A stretch of 63,779 nt of DNA, the filler included, from Folioceros fuciformis (Eukaryota): the NCBI GenBank assembly GCA_049999805.1. It is 9 parts of 9 records of this genome, joined end to end, with 100 filler letters (N's around TTAATTAATTAA, not from the genome) between each part and the next. Parts side by side here need not be neighbours in the genome. Positions count along the whole stretch, not along the records: positions 21,449 to 31,102 come from JBNGIO010001998.1; positions 31,203 to 33,284 come from JBNGIO010001999.1; positions 33,385 to 36,618 come from JBNGIO010002000.1; 6 more parts are not named here. The stretch is one strand, 5' to 3'. The notes beneath the pieces are model-generated. The model had not been told where the DNA came from. It searched no databases and saw only the letters and a list, made by a program, of their open reading frames with translations. Made by a program: the position numbers and the translations under genes. Of the stretch, positions 21,449 through 34,769 are shown in pieces (positions within the stretch are counted from its first letter, which is position 1; every line of letters begins with the position of its first letter).

Positions 21449-24400
21449 GATTCGGCATTGCGGTGATGGCGATGAGCCTTTTTCCTCACAGGTTATTGGT
21501 GGCGCGTGCCATTGCTGCACCTGCGGCGACTGTGGAGAGAGTGGGAAGGGAGAGGGATGTGGAGGAGGGCGGCAGTTTGACCGAGGAGGACAGGGCCAGG
21601 TTGGCTGAGGAAGCTGGGAAAAAGGCTGTCGAGAGGCAGCTCAAGCTTTTCTCCGAATTGCAGCTAGATGTGAAATTGAAGGAGCTGGACGGGCTACTGA
21701 CGGAGGAAAATTTGGTAGGTGCGAAGAGTGACGAGGTTTTGAAGCGGATTGATGATTTGAGAGTGTCGGCTGGAGCGGAGATTCGGCGCTGTCGAGGAGC
21801 TGTGATTAGGAAGACAGAAGCGGTGGTGAGCAGGCTCCTAGCTGAGCAAGTCGCTTTGCAGAAGGTGCTGGACAAGGCTGTGGCGGGTTATGCCGCGTTG
21901 AGGAAAGACTTGGAGCGGTTAGCAGGACCTGAGAAGGTGGCGAGGGAGAGAGCTATTAAGGACGCGGAAAGGAGGTTGGGGAATCTGTGGAAGAAGAAGG
22001 TGGAGCTTGGGGCAAGGGCTTATAAAGAGAAGTTGGACGGCTTCCGGACTGCAGACAAGGATCTGCCTCGGGTACAGGAACGAGTAAATGAAGGTCTCGA
22101 GAAGTTCTGGGAAACCTGGAACGAGAACGTCAAAGCGAGGTGGGCTTTGTCTTCAAATTCAGGCTGATATGTGGGTTAGGTTTGATGCTGAGAGGCGTAT
22201 TTGGACGGAGTATGCTTGAAGGGGTTGTGTTGTTGAATGAGTCTTCGGCTCGGAGTTCAGGTCGCATGCTGAAGAATGTTGGTTATGTGTGCTTTATTTT
22301 GCCTGCAACGTCAAAGCTAGGTGGGCTTGTAACGCTGGTTTATGTTTGGGTTAGGTTCCATGCAGAAAGGCATAGTTGGACGAAGTCTGCTTGAAGGTTG
22401 CGTTGTTTAATGAGTCTTCGGCTGGCAGCTCAGGTCGCAAGCTGTGGAATGTTGGTAATGTTTGCGTTGTTTTGCCTGCAATGACGTACTTATTTCAGTC
22501 TCATACCTGTAGGGAAGCGAAGAAGGCCGAAGAGGCGAAGGAAAAGGAGCTGGTGGATAGTTTAGAGGCTGCGAATAAGCAATTGTTGGAACAGACTGTC
22601 CTGCCTGTTGCAGTTGGTGTGGAGGATGCAGGGGATGAAGGTGTGCCACTGGGTCCGGAAGCGAAGGATCTTGTGCTTCAAATCAAAATGGAGGAAGAAA
22701 AATCTGAAAAGCTTCAACAAATCATGGACAAGATTGCTGAGAATAAGGCTGCGAACCATGAAAATATCATGGAAGGCTTGTCACAAGACGAAATTGACTT
22801 CGTCATGGAGCAGAAGGAAGATTCTGTATCAGACGATGAACTTCCTAGCATGTCATATGGCTGGAGTAAGTACCGAGACAAGATACGGGAGGAATATAAT
22901 GAGTTTTTGCAAGAAAATCCCGAGGTGTCTGAGCAGATTGCAGCAGAAAAGCAGGTATTCGCCTGTAGCCAACTTACGGAAAGGATTTGGTTGCAAGTTT
23001 TGAACAGCTTGTACTAGCATTTTTTCCAGTCGGCAGGTTGCTTTTCTGAGGCCACAGTGACCATTCTGTCACTGTCTTGCATGCCCTTTTTTGCATGGAA
23101 TTTCGGCCCTGCTTCTCGTTTTGCCATAGCTCCCCGTTGGTTGCTACACAAATCTTCTTGTTTTGAACAGGAGCGAATTCTGACTGCCAGAGACCGAGTG
23201 GTAGCAGAGACATACTACAATGACAAGCAAAAGAGATGGGAGATAAACTCGCCAGCTGTTTCTTATTCCGTGACAAAGGGTCTGGCAGATAAAGCCCGCA
23301 TCCGGCAGGACCGTAAGGTTATGTATCTTACTTTGAAGGGAGACGATCGGGAGTACTACGTTGACCTTCAGGTGAACATTTATTTGCTTACTTGCATTTG
23401 CATATGTTGCAGATCGCAAACTATTTTGCTTAACCTGCAGACTTTTGTGGAAGGCTTTTGAAGCAGAGTACCACATGTACGGAGGCTTCGAGAAGTTGTA
23501 TGTGAGGATGGTCTCTGCCGGAGTGAAGGTCAAGGTCGAGCTCATGTGGATCCCATTTGCCGAATGGGATGCTAGGGAATTGTTTCAGCTTCCCTTCAAG
23601 ATGATTTGGTGGACGCTGCAAGACGTGTGGAATTCACGTCTCATGTCTGTAGTACGACCCTTCTATTGGAAGACATTGTCTGAAGCCTTTGAGGAAATTA
23701 TGATAAGATTTGGCTTTCCTCTGGTTCACGCTGTTTTGCCCCCAAAGGTACTCTATCCACGTGCATACTGTGTTGTCCGTGCGTATTCTGAATTTTTTTT
23801 TCTTTTCAGGTGCTTGTGTTGCTGGTTTGTTTTGGGGTTGAACCTGGCTGCTGCTCTTCTTTCTCTTGTTGAGATGTCTTTTGTTTCTTTTGTTCAACGT
23901 CAGGTAGTCGTCTGAATCCTTGTTTTCAGGCACGTGTGGCATTGCGGTTTGAGCTTCCGGAAGGTGCAGAAGCTGCAGAGCCGACAGAAATAATGGCCTG
24001 GCAGCAAGAAGCTCAGAAAAAGGTGGATGCCAGGTATGGGGAGGGCACCGGCTCCCCCCAGTGGTGGATATCACTCCCTGTGCGAGCATATGCTGTTGGG
24101 GCTCCGCTCTTCTATCTTGCAAAATATGCAGGTCCAATCCTTCTCTTTCCATTTAAGCCAAAACCACTCGACCCAAACGAAGTTGAATACAAAAAGAACA
24201 AGCAGGTAAGCGTCTGGGACTGATTGGGTCGTAGGCTTTGTAAGTCCAAAAGACCTCTTGAAGTGACTAGTATTCTGTTTGTATTTTGCAGAGAAAACTG
24301 CTAAAAGACTTGGACAAGCAAACCAAAAAGGAGAAAAAGGACCCGATTAGGAGTGTCTTTGACAAAATGAAGGTAAGTTCAAAGACATTGGGTTTGCTTT

Positions 24401-27400
24401 TTTCCAGGGAAGTCGAACGTGCTTGAGGGTACATAGTTCAGATAAGATCGTGGTTTGCAGCATCTTCAGACGAATTGTTTTCACAGGAATACTCAACTTT
24501 TTGAGTGCTGTTTCCATTCAGAGAGTGAAAAGGCCTCAAGTCAGCTTGAAAGATTTTGCTGGGATTGACGCTGTGAAAGAAGAGATAAGTGAAGTCGTGA
24601 CATTTTTGCGAAACCCAAAACTTTTCAAGGAGATGGGAGCCCGGCCACCTCGAGTATGTCACTAAGATAGCCTTCTGTACACGTCCTTAAAAGTCATCTC
24701 ATCATTATGCAGACATTCCTGGATCTTGGGGATGCTGTGGTTGTTGCACACTTTTGTGGCTAATTCTACGAGGGTGATGTCAAATCGGTCCACAACAGGG
24801 CATATTAATTGTAGGAGACTCAGGTACAGGAAAGACCACACTTGCTCTAGCTATTGCAGCAGAGGCAAGAGTTCCTATGGTAGAGCTACAGGGAGCTGAG
24901 CTAGAGGGAGGATCATGGGTTGGCCAGGGAGCTTCTAATGTGCGAGAGCTTTTTAAAACTGCCCGGGAACTGGTATGCCTTAAACTCATTTCCCAAATCC
25001 AGCTAAAAGGTCTTGAGTTTAGAGGGACGTCTAAATCGCGGTGTCATGCAAATTCAGGCTCCCCTCATTATCTTCATGGATGATTTTGATCATTTTGCTG
25101 GAGTTCGTGGAGCTACAGCAGACACAAGAAAGCAGGATCACGAATCATTGATCAATCAGTTGCTAGTTGAACTTGATGGGTACTGTGGGTTACCCTTGAC
25201 CTGGAACTTGTGACTGTTTACTAGCCTTATCTGTGGGATGACGTAGGTCTTGGACTAGAGACAACAAAGCTCTGAGCTTGAATTGCATAACCAATCTGAA
25301 CATGGTATACTTCTTTCATAACATACTGAGCGTACGGTTGCATGTCAGGTTTGAGACACAGGAAGGGGTGGTGCTTATTGCAACTACAAGCAGACCATGG
25401 GCTATTGATGAAGCCCTACGGAGGCCAGGTCGTATGGACCGCACAATCAATTTGCCAATGCCAAATCGAAGGGAGAGAGAACAGATTTTGCGGAAAGTGG
25501 CTCAAGACTCAATGGACGCCCATCTCATTCCTCTTGTAGATTGGAAAACGGTAAGCCAAGTGTGAAAATGTTTTGCGATTAAACGAGTGTGAGTAAGCTC
25601 TGCGGTCTCTTTTGAGAATTGAGTTAACTCGGAAGGACGTAATCTTGGTTGTTGGCTCGTGTCTTCTCTGGTACAGGTAGCTGAGAAAACGGCTGGGTTA
25701 ACACCAGCTCAATTGAAAACTGTGCCTCAAGGCCTTGAAGGCAGTGCAGTATCGTGCAAAATCAGCGATGATGAGGAGCTTTTCAGCTGGTTTGGCTGGC
25801 TCGCAGTACGATCCTGTGAACCACTACTAATTTTTTTGTGACTTGTTGATTCTTATAAGCACTGCACCTGGTCTTTTGTAGAATTTTGCACTCTCTCTCA
25901 TCAGTTCTCCCATCTAGGGTTGTTGAAAGTTGACCCATCCATTGCAGACCTTCAACAGCTTAACCCCACGATGGGTGAAAAGGACTGGGATATATAAGGG
26001 GCTGAATGAAAGATTACTAGATTGGCTGGATCTTCGAGTGACAAAAGCAGAGATCGAAGCAGCGGTTGATGTGATGGATGTTGCGAGCCAAGCAAACGTC
26101 GGGCTGGAGCTCAGGGAGCCCCCATATGTGGTCAGTTTTCCAATTCACCGCTGGACCATCTCACGCTCTTGCTATTCGAAATTTGTTAGTTTGATGGCAT
26201 CCATTGTTTTCTCTCCTCAGTGGACACGTGAATTCAAGTATCCACACGCTGTGTGGGCTGCTGGCCGAGGTTTAATTGCTCTTTTACTCCCCAATTTCGA
26301 CGTTGTGGATCAAATATGGCTCGATCCAACCTCCTGGGAGGTGGGTTATTGTTCCAAAAGCTGTTGGTCTCCTGGATTTGTCCGACAGAGAGGCCTTCGC
26401 AGGATGCGACACTAATAAGAACGCATGCCATTCCTCTCAAAAACAGGGAGTAGGATTTACGAAGTTGACTAAACGATTGGAGGGAGGTTATCAAGAAACA
26501 GGGATCATGACACGGTCGTATTACGAGAAAAAGTTGGTGCTTTGCTTTGGCTCGTTCATTTCCGCACGGCTGTTCATAAAACCTGGAGACAACAACAACC
26601 TGTCGAGATTTGAGATTCAAGATGCCGTGGAGGTGGGTTCTCTCCCATGAACAGTTTTCTCATTCAATTCATTCCGTGTCTGTGCATGCGAAACAGGTTC
26701 GTGCTGATGGGATGTTCTCTTCCTTGGTTGTACCGCATCTTGCGAGTGTACTACATTACTCACGTTTTGACTTTTCAAGTTCCTTCCAACAGATAGCTAC
26801 GCGCATGGTTTTGGAACATGGTTGGGCTCCTGATGACAGCCCCGCAATTTACATGCCTGACGAAGCGGTGAGTACAAGGTGCCTGAGGTGGTCATGCCAA
26901 TGGCATTAGCTTATGCATGAACGTCTATGACGACTTCCTTTTTCTTGTTGCCATGGTATCCTTCATCACGAGATGTTGATTTCTCTCTCCGTCATCAGCT
27001 TGGAACTCTTCCAATGGGTGAAGGTCACGAATTTGAGCTGGAAGACAAAATCGAGAAGGTGCATGCTCGTGCTCCTTCTACACGCCGTCGCGCTATCTTA
27101 CCAAACTTAGGATCTCTAATTCTGGTGACTCCTGTGCAGCTGTTCTACGCCGCTTGTGATAGGGCGACGAAGATGATGCTGAAAAACCGCAAAGTGTTGG
27201 ATGCGCTACTTGAGCATCTCCTCCAATTTGACATCGCAACGAAGAAGGTAAGCAGACATTCAAACACCCTGTTCTCAATTCTGAATTGACACAGCTCTAG
27301 CACAGAGTCACCAACCGTCCCATCTTTGAGTAGGATCTGAAGAAAATACTTGAAGACAACGAAGCAGTGTTCGAAGAGGAACCTTTCGCACTTGTAGAAT

Positions 27401-27597
27401 ACACTCGAAGTGAGGTGATTGCTGTTGCCCACTCTCCCTGCAGAAGATATCTGAGCAAAACAGCCGTTCTGAGCCGTGAAGTTCTTTCCAACTGTCACGT
27501 AAACTAATCGTGATTTTGTGTTCATCTGCAGACGACTGCTCTCCCTACCAATGGCACCAGTAGATCCCGGCTATTGTCCGCAGGACCTGTCGCTTGA
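21449..27597 (+). CDS. FtsHi5: Proteolytically inactive chloroplast FtsH-like AAA protein (FtsHi5-like), multi-exon; 5' end probably in the gap
   Basis: GGFEKLYVRM...LMWIPF; SLKDFAGID..KEEISEVV.FLRNP; Walker A GDSGTGKT; GSWVGQGASNVRELF; IIFMDDFDHFAGVRG; ALRRPGRMDR. PHAVWAAGR replaces HExxH, followed by IWLDPTSWEG. Confidence 0.9.
22165..22483 (+). repeat. Diverged tandem duplication (~175-bp period) in the first visible FtsHi5 intron
   Basis: ttggacggagtatgcttgaagg...aatgagtcttcggct...tcaggtcgca...ttttgcctgcaa at 22201 is repeated at 22376. Confidence 0.8.
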
Positions 27598-28000
27598 GAA
27601 AGCTTCGACCTAGTACATAGCAAAGCTATTATTTCAAATTCTGACACACATCAGTTTTGGCTTCCGCCGTTGTTGAGTTCGCCTCGGAGAGAATTTTGCA
27701 TAGTCAGCGCACTCCGCCTAAAGCGCGCAAGCGTCGAGAAGCGTTGAACGTTGTCCGCCCGCAGGCATCCCCAAGGCCCGGAAAGCGAAACCCCACTCAC
27801 TGCAATTTCAGTGATAAAGTCCCCCGGCCCTCCATCACTGCAGATCTCGAGAGGCCTGGATGCTACTGAGGGGCCGTTGTCCCTGACATGATCGGCTAGA
27901 AATGGAGGTCAAAATGTCGCTGCGCTTGTCGCAGTCTGAGCGGCTGCCTCCTCGGATGATAGTGAAGGAAAGTGGCTGACGCTCTGGTGAAAAGAGGAGA

Positions 28001-30711
28001 ATGGAGGCGCATGTCCTGCAGCTGATTCTGTGTGTAGCCTGGTTGACGGGGCTGCTGCTCTTGGGAGTATCCCTGCAAGCCACAAGGATGCTGAACGAGC
28101 CCCGTACAACCAGCGGTCAGGAGAACAGGAGCCTGAGGCTTACTGTGTACACTGCTCCCCTGCCTTTCGAAGGATTACAAGGACTGCGGCAGAGTGTGGC
28201 CATCAATTCATGGCTCAAGCTCTCACCGTGTCCGCAGGTTGTGCTGCTTGGCCAGCATCCCTCCCTCCACTCTTTTGCCAACGCGGCGGGCTCCAATGTC
28301 ACGGTGGACAGTGAAATTGATTTCACGTAGGTGATCCTCTGGAGGTGGAGTGATTTTTGCATTCCGCTAGAAGTGAGTTGGAAAATCTTGGTCGGGATCT
28401 CTGTTCCTGGCTTGATTTGCGCACGAAATAGCTGTGGATTGTAGTGTGGTTAAGCTGGGTATTAATGTTGTTCGTCTTCGTTGTGCGCAGATTCTTAGGT
28501 GCCCCGTTCTTCCACAGCATGGTAGGGAGGGCACGGGCCTCAGACGGGGATGTGGCTATCCTGGTGGATGCAGAGTTGGTACTTTTACAGGATGTTATAG
28601 AAGCTGTGGACAGTATGCAAAAGCTTAAGGGAGACTGGCTCTTGGTGTCCATGTCGCGTTCCGTTCCCAACTTTCCCTTCTTCCTGGAGTCTCGTAAAGA
28701 TGTGTGGAGAACTGAAGACGGAAGATTTGTTGAACTTGAAGAGGTGGAAATTGTGGCTTGCCCTTTTTCTTTTCTTGTCTGGAGTGTTGGAGGTTTTGTT
28801 GCAAGTTTTTGCTGGTGGAATACGACGTGCAGACCCCAGCATACTGACAGGTTCGTCTGTACAGATGGCAGGGCATGTAACAGAGACTGGTCTGTGGGAC
28901 GAGTGCGAAGGCAATCGTCTGTGGGTGTGGAATGTTGGAGCGGTTCCACTTCATGCAGGAGTCATGCCGCCCTTCGTATACAGGCAAGGGCACCATAATC
29001 AATGGCTCTTGAACGAGGTTTTATCATCCGGTTTCAGGACAGTGGTTGACGGGAGTGAAGCGGTTTCCGTGATCTATCCTTTGCAAATGTCGAATGACAC
29101 GGGTGCTTGGCAGAAAGCAGATGGACGTCGGCATCTTTTGGAGGAAAGGCCTTGGGAATTCCAAAGCAACTCTCTGTTTTCTTCTTTGTATGGCTCCTTT
29201 CTGTTCAAAAGAGCCAACTTTTCAAACATTCAGGTGAAACTGGTTCGATGCGCTGGAAGTTTGTGCTTCTTAAAGGCATCCGAGAAGCCTCCTCCTTGTA
29301 TATCGAACCGAAGGAGGACTGTGATGGAAGGCCACAACTCTGGAAGATCTTCACTTTTGCGATTATCCCTTCCGAGCATCTCGTCTTCCACTATGGAGAT
29401 GGCTCATAGGAGACAGCTCCTGCTCGAGGAACACTACAACAGTTTCGGAGGTCAACTATGGATACACGATATATATAGGAGGGGTTCAGGGTTTTGGGAT
29501 AAGTTTACGGGTGGAAGGTTTTATGAAAGACAGGCATGGCAGCAAGGACCATGGAGTGGATGCAGTACAATCCCTAGAGATCGTAGGGTTGAATGTGCTG
29601 ACCCTCAAGTGGATAAGTATCCTGGCCTCAAGTCGAGCTTGTCTATGCCCTTTAAGTTAGATTCGCTTGCTCAAATTGTTTGCAGCGAGGACAAGGTAGT
29701 GGTACTCGCTGTGGTGGGAAACAGCTACAGGGATATGCTGATGAGCTGGGTTTGCAGGCTTAGAATGCTAGGGATCTCAAATTTCCTCATATCCGCGCTA
29801 GATGAAGATCTGTACCAGTTCGCAGTCCAACAGGTAATTGTCTCGACAGTGGATGGGCTCTTTGAGGTGAGAAGCTCAAAGTGATGTGTATGCTTCCAGG
29901 CGCTCATCTTGGTCCCTGTTTCTTGTTCTGCAGGGTTTGCCGGTTTTTAAGGATACACACACAATGAATGTCAGCAGGAACGACTGTCATTTCGGATCAA
30001 AATGTTTTCAAAAGGTGACCAAAGTAAAGTCACGAACAGTGTTGAAGCTATTACGACTTGGTTATCATGTGCTCTTCAGCGATGTGGACGTGTACTGGTT
30101 TGAGAACCCCCTCCAAAAGTTAATGCAATACGGCCCAGGCAATCTTGCTGCACAAACAGATCAGTACAACTCCTCTTGTAAGAAATGAGCAACCTGCTGG
30201 ATATTGACCCTTGTGATTACTTTCCTCACTCTGCCACAACTGAACAAATGTTTGACTCTGTCCAGTTCCTGACAATGAGCCTCGGCGGCTGAACTCGGGG
30301 TTCTATTTCGCATGGTCCGATAACGAGACCATCGCCGCCTTCGAAATGATTGTGAAGCATGCAGCGAAGTCCTCCATGTCAGAGCAGCCGAGCTTCTACG
30401 ACGTTCTTTGCGGACCTGAGGGAAAGTATCGAGTGGGGGACACGAAGTGCCGGGAGCCAAAAACCGGACTCACTGTACATTTCCTCAAGAAAGACGATTT
30501 CCCCAACGGCGCCTACGCTGGCCTGTGGGAGACGAAAGATGTGAAGAAGGAATGCAGGAAACGTGGGTGCGTTGTTCTGCACAACAACTGGATCAACGGA
30601 AGATTGAATAAAGTCCAGAGGCAGGTCGAAAAGGGTCTGTGGCAATACGACGTCAGCAGTCGAATGTGCCTCAGACGGTGGCAGGGACCCAACTCCCAGC
30701 ATGCGTATTAA
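28001..30711 (+). CDS. RAY1: Beta-arabinofuranosyltransferase RAY1-like (GT77 / nucleotide-diphospho-sugar transferase), multi-exon; start uncertain
   Basis: N-terminal TM segment; TVYTAP..RQSVAINSWLKLS; GVMPPFVY..GHHNQWLLNE; SYRDMLMSWVCRL; CHFGSKCFQKVTKVKSR; FSDVDVYWF (DxD); LNSGFYF; SEQPSFYDVLCG; LHNNWI.GR..K. Confidence 0.88.
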
Positions 30712-30812
30712 CGTCTTACTTCGACACGCATCTGTAGATTATGTTCTCTTGTAGCATACCGTAAGGCAGGTCCTGCATCCTCGAAGCACAGACAATAGGA
30801 GCTTGGAGGCAG

Positions 30813-30862
30813 CTGCAGGTACCGGCAGATCTCTGCAGGTACCGGCAGATCTCTGCAGGTAC
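30813..30862 (+). repeat. 20-bp tandem repeat, 2.5 copies (ctgcaggtaccggcagatct)
   Basis: Directly visible downstream of the RAY1-like stop. Confidence 0.9.
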
Positions 30863-31202
30863 GTAGGCATCTAGAAGATCGATAGTCTGTAAGCGAAGTA
30901 ATGAACTTTCGCACTCAGGGCTGGCCCACGGCGTTCTTTGGATAACGTGGGATTCGACAGGGAGAATGTTGACACTGCCAGCATCTTAGGCGCTGCGCAC
31001 GTACGTCGGTATCGACTATCCACAGCCCATTCTTTCGCTTTGTGGTCTGATGTCATTGTGCGCGGGAGTTGTGATGCGTGTGCCAGATGACTATAGTGAA
31101 CTNNNNNNNNNNNNNNNNNNNNNNNNNNNNNNNNNNNNNNNNNNNNTTAATTAATTAANNNNNNNNNNNNNNNNNNNNNNNNNNNNNNNNNNNNNNNNNN
31201 NN

Positions 31203-32750
31203 TCTCCTCTCCTACACTTGCACGTAGACTGGAGTCGATCCTATTGACAGGGGGGTGGGGGTGGTGAAAGCTGCATTTGTTGGAAGTGTTTAGATTAGCA
31301 ACTCGTATTAATTAGGACTTATTAAGGAGGCGGTTAATAACCGTTTTCATCAAACTTCATATGCGCCACGTCGTGCAAACTCTAATAACCGTTTTTTATT
31401 GTTCTTGCCTCAAGTTTTGCTCACGCACGATCGCTGCTCCCTTGCTCAAGCGTGCTATGATCGATCCTACCTAGCAATCTTGATTTATCGCGATATGGTA
31501 TTAGAGCTAGTGGAGATGGCGCACTTGGGTGTGTTGATTTCTTGACCTGGCGGCCGCTAATCCGCGCGGCGCACACGCACTTGAGAGCGGCCAGAATTCG
31601 TCTATGCAGGCAGCACGGCTGAGATGGATTGTTGGATGCAGCGCGGCGGCGTGTGGCAAAGGCGCAGGCGGGCGGCGACCTGGTTGCGCACTTGCGTGAG
31701 GGGCTGCCGGGCCTGGTGGAGTGTAGCTAGGTGCTGGCGGCATTGCTAGGTTGTTGTATCCAGCAGTGTACGTGCAGTAGTAGGCAGCCCGGAGTGAGGC
31801 AGCAAAGGCGACGTTGCAGCCAGACCTGGAGCACAAAATTTGGTGGATAAACTACCTAGCGCAGTTCATAGATCAAGACCTGGCACTACTGATGGATCGG
31901 GCAGTTGAAGCCATGCCGGCGAGAGAGGAGACTTTGTCCCTACATCCCAAGCACTAGTGCTTTCCCGGTGCGCAAGCGTGCAAGGCTTGTGCTCCGTCGA
32001 TCAAGTGGGTGCTGGAAGCTCTGGAGATTGTGGTTTCTTGAGAGGATTGGACGATCCAAGATGGGGAGAGCAGCGATACCGCTGCTGCTGATGCTGACAT
32101 GCATCAGGTGACCATGGAGCAATCTCGGCATTGGTGGTTTGCTAATCGGCGTCAAGAGAGGAGGCCAACATGCTTCGATCCTTGCGAATCCAAGAGAAGA
32201 GGGCGCTACCAGTCCTATGACCCCCCGGTGTACAGTTGATGCACCTGCTGCGGGTGCAACTCAAGACACCTCATCTTAAATCCTGGAGTACGGCTCAGAT
32301 GAAGGCTTCGATCAGGCACTTGAGTACCAAGTTCTAGCGAGCATTAGGGGCTTGTTCCAAGAGGGTGCCGAACAATCAGAAATGGACGAGGAAGCCGACC
32401 GTAAGCGTGCAAGGAAGGAACAGGAGAGGTTAGAAAAACTGAGAGCGGATAGAGAAAAGGAAAGAAGAGAAAGGGAGGAGAAGGAACGTGAGGAAAGACT
32501 TAACCATGAGAGACTCCCATCTGTGAAGGTTGATTTCAAGGAAAAGGACCGCCTTACCAACGGAGCCAACTATGATGTGTGGGTGATGCGCATGCGTGGT
32601 TTCTTGAGGGAGGCTGGCTTGTGGGGACACGTCACAGGAGAAACTCCAAGGCCGGATGATGACATCCTTAGTTTCCGAAGCACTTCACCTGGACAGCAGC
32701 GCTGGTATCAGCTGGATGAGAGAGCACAAGGCATTATTCGTATTGGCTTG
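31203..32750 (+). mobile_element. Ty1/copia 5' portion: putative LTR end, primer-binding site (31496-31507) and gag N-terminus, interrupted at 32751
   Basis: TGGTATTAGAGC is one mismatch from the tRNA-iMet PBS TGGTATCAGAGC. The gag motif LTNGANYDVWVMRMRGFLREAGLWGHVTG...W.QLDERAQGIIR is present. Confidence 0.85.
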
Positions 32751-33284
32751 TGTGAAACTCCAAAGTTTGGGGTAGTAGTTTATTTTGGTTGAAAAAGGGT
32801 TAATAGTGGTATGGTTTGGTTTTCTTTTTCAACTTATTTTCCCTAATTTTCCTTGATTTTCTGGTCATTTTTCCTATTTTTCTTTGTGCTAATTAGGTTA
32901 ATTGACCAGGAAATAGTTGGTTTGGTTATAAGAGTGGGTATAGGTTTGGTCCCAGACCTGGGAAGGTTTAGGTTCGGTACCAGGCCATAGGGTTGGGTGA
33001 TTAGTTTAATATTAATTAAAGATATATAATATTAAATTAGTAAATAATATAATAATGTCAAATAAAAATAATATAATAATGGTTTGAACATAGGAACGGG
33101 TATCTGGGTATGTCAGTGTCAGGGGTCAGGGTCTGACGATAGGCTGGCTGATTGCTTGGCTGGCATGACCATGCCCTAGCTTGAGCTAGAGGCAGGGGTT
33201 GCGGCCGCCTCCATCCCTTTCCCCCCTCTCTCCCTTTCTCCCTTCCTCCTCCATTCCCTTCTTGCCCCCTCTCCTTCTTCTTCC
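32751..33284 (+). mobile_element. Gypsy-family LTR inserted into the copia gag
   Basis: Begins TGTGAAACTCCAAAG. The first ~110 bp are nearly identical to the LTR start at 5236, and gag similarity stops exactly here. Confidence 0.85.
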
Positions 33285-33641
33285 NNNNNNNNNNNNNNNN
33301 NNNNNNNNNNNNNNNNNNNNNNNNNNNNTTAATTAATTAANNNNNNNNNNNNNNNNNNNNNNNNNNNNNNNNNNNNNNNNNNNNGTTATACCTTGACCAC
33401 ATAGTATCTTGACGTTCTTGATATCTCTGCCATTATGGATATCCTTAGGATTTGTTCTGGTTGCAAGAAACCCTTATTACATCGCAAGTGGTGGTATTTT
33501 CTAGGCTGTCATCCTGCACCATTTACAATTGTTGTACAAGACAATAATGACTTTATTAGAATATGACAAACCTAATAATTTTATTTTATTTTATTTTGCT
33601 TTGAAAGTAATTCTCACTATAACTCAAATGCATGCCACACC

Positions 33642-33793
33642 TACTACATAAGACAATAAAGACATTATCAAATGACTTCGATCTTACTATGATCTCTTAT
33701 CGTGCCTTTGGGACATTCTTACTACATAAGAGAATAAGGACATTATCAAATGACTTCGATCTTACTATGATCTCTTATAGTGCCTTTGGGACA
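33642..33793 (+). repeat. 78-bp tandem duplication
   Basis: tactacataaga.aataa.gacattatcaaatgacttcgatcttactatgatctcttat.gtgcctttgggaca occurs at 33642 and 33720. Confidence 0.93.
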
Positions 33794-34769
33794 AGAATGT
33801 GTAGTCTTAATTATTGTTCATCATTCATGGAAAGCTTCAAAACATGGAATAGGTCCGATATGGCTAAAGCAAACCCATAGTTAACGTAGTTTTTGTCACC
33901 CATGTTATGTTACTAGGGTCTGATTCTCATTACTTTAGACTATTTTCAAATTAAAAAGCCATTGTCAAGTTGAAGTGATACGGAGGCACAGACTAGACTA
34001 GGAAAAGTGTCGTGCTGTGCCGCTAAACATCGTACTCATGCATGGTTCATTAATTAATAATATTCACACAATGCTACATTACACACAATAAACATTGCAT
34101 GATGGTGTTGCAGCTCGATAAGAGTGAAGCGTTTGCTTCCTTCTGACACCACAAAATTTCCTCCACCTGCATCCACACTTTTTAGAGCTGTAACTTGGCT
34201 TCTCAAATCCTCGATTAGGTCACATGATCTTGCACATTGCGCACACACACACCTCAACTGGATTTCCAACAAGAGAATGCTGCTATAAAACCCTAAGCTT
34301 ATTCTCAGTAGGCAAGAGAATACAAGCTTACAACTGTAGTAGACACTATTGAGCTAGGCTTTTATGCTTGCTACTTGAGACCTATTACAACCACATCCAC
34401 ACATCTAGTTGTGTGTTTATCTAGTTGAATTTATATTATATTTTTTAATCATTTTCCCTAAATAGTTATTAATTACTATTAATGCTATTGATTAGTATCA
34501 CTTAATTATTAACTAATTACTATTTGCATGCATCTAAGCGATAGCACACAATCATGCTTGTTAGTTGTCATACCTTAAAACTTGGACACCCAAGGAGGTC
34601 TTGAGCATAAATACTCTAGCCTATTCTCAACTTAAGCCGCTTTCACATTCATCTTACCAAAAAAACAAAAAACCACAAAGTCTCGTACTTCCTGAGGCGA
34701 TTTCTAAACATTTTTTCATCTACAATTGGCTATCATAAACCACCCCAAAATGTAGTAGCGAATTTTGCT

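Noticed and set aside
24790-26340. FtsH lacking HExxH and with an atypical Walker B (MDDFD)
   Set aside because: Degeneracy of these motifs is an established property of the FtsHi5 subfamily, not novel.
30813-30862. PstI/KpnI/BglII sites clustered like a polylinker
   Set aside because: Explained by a 20-bp tandem repeat; no other vector-like sequence seen.
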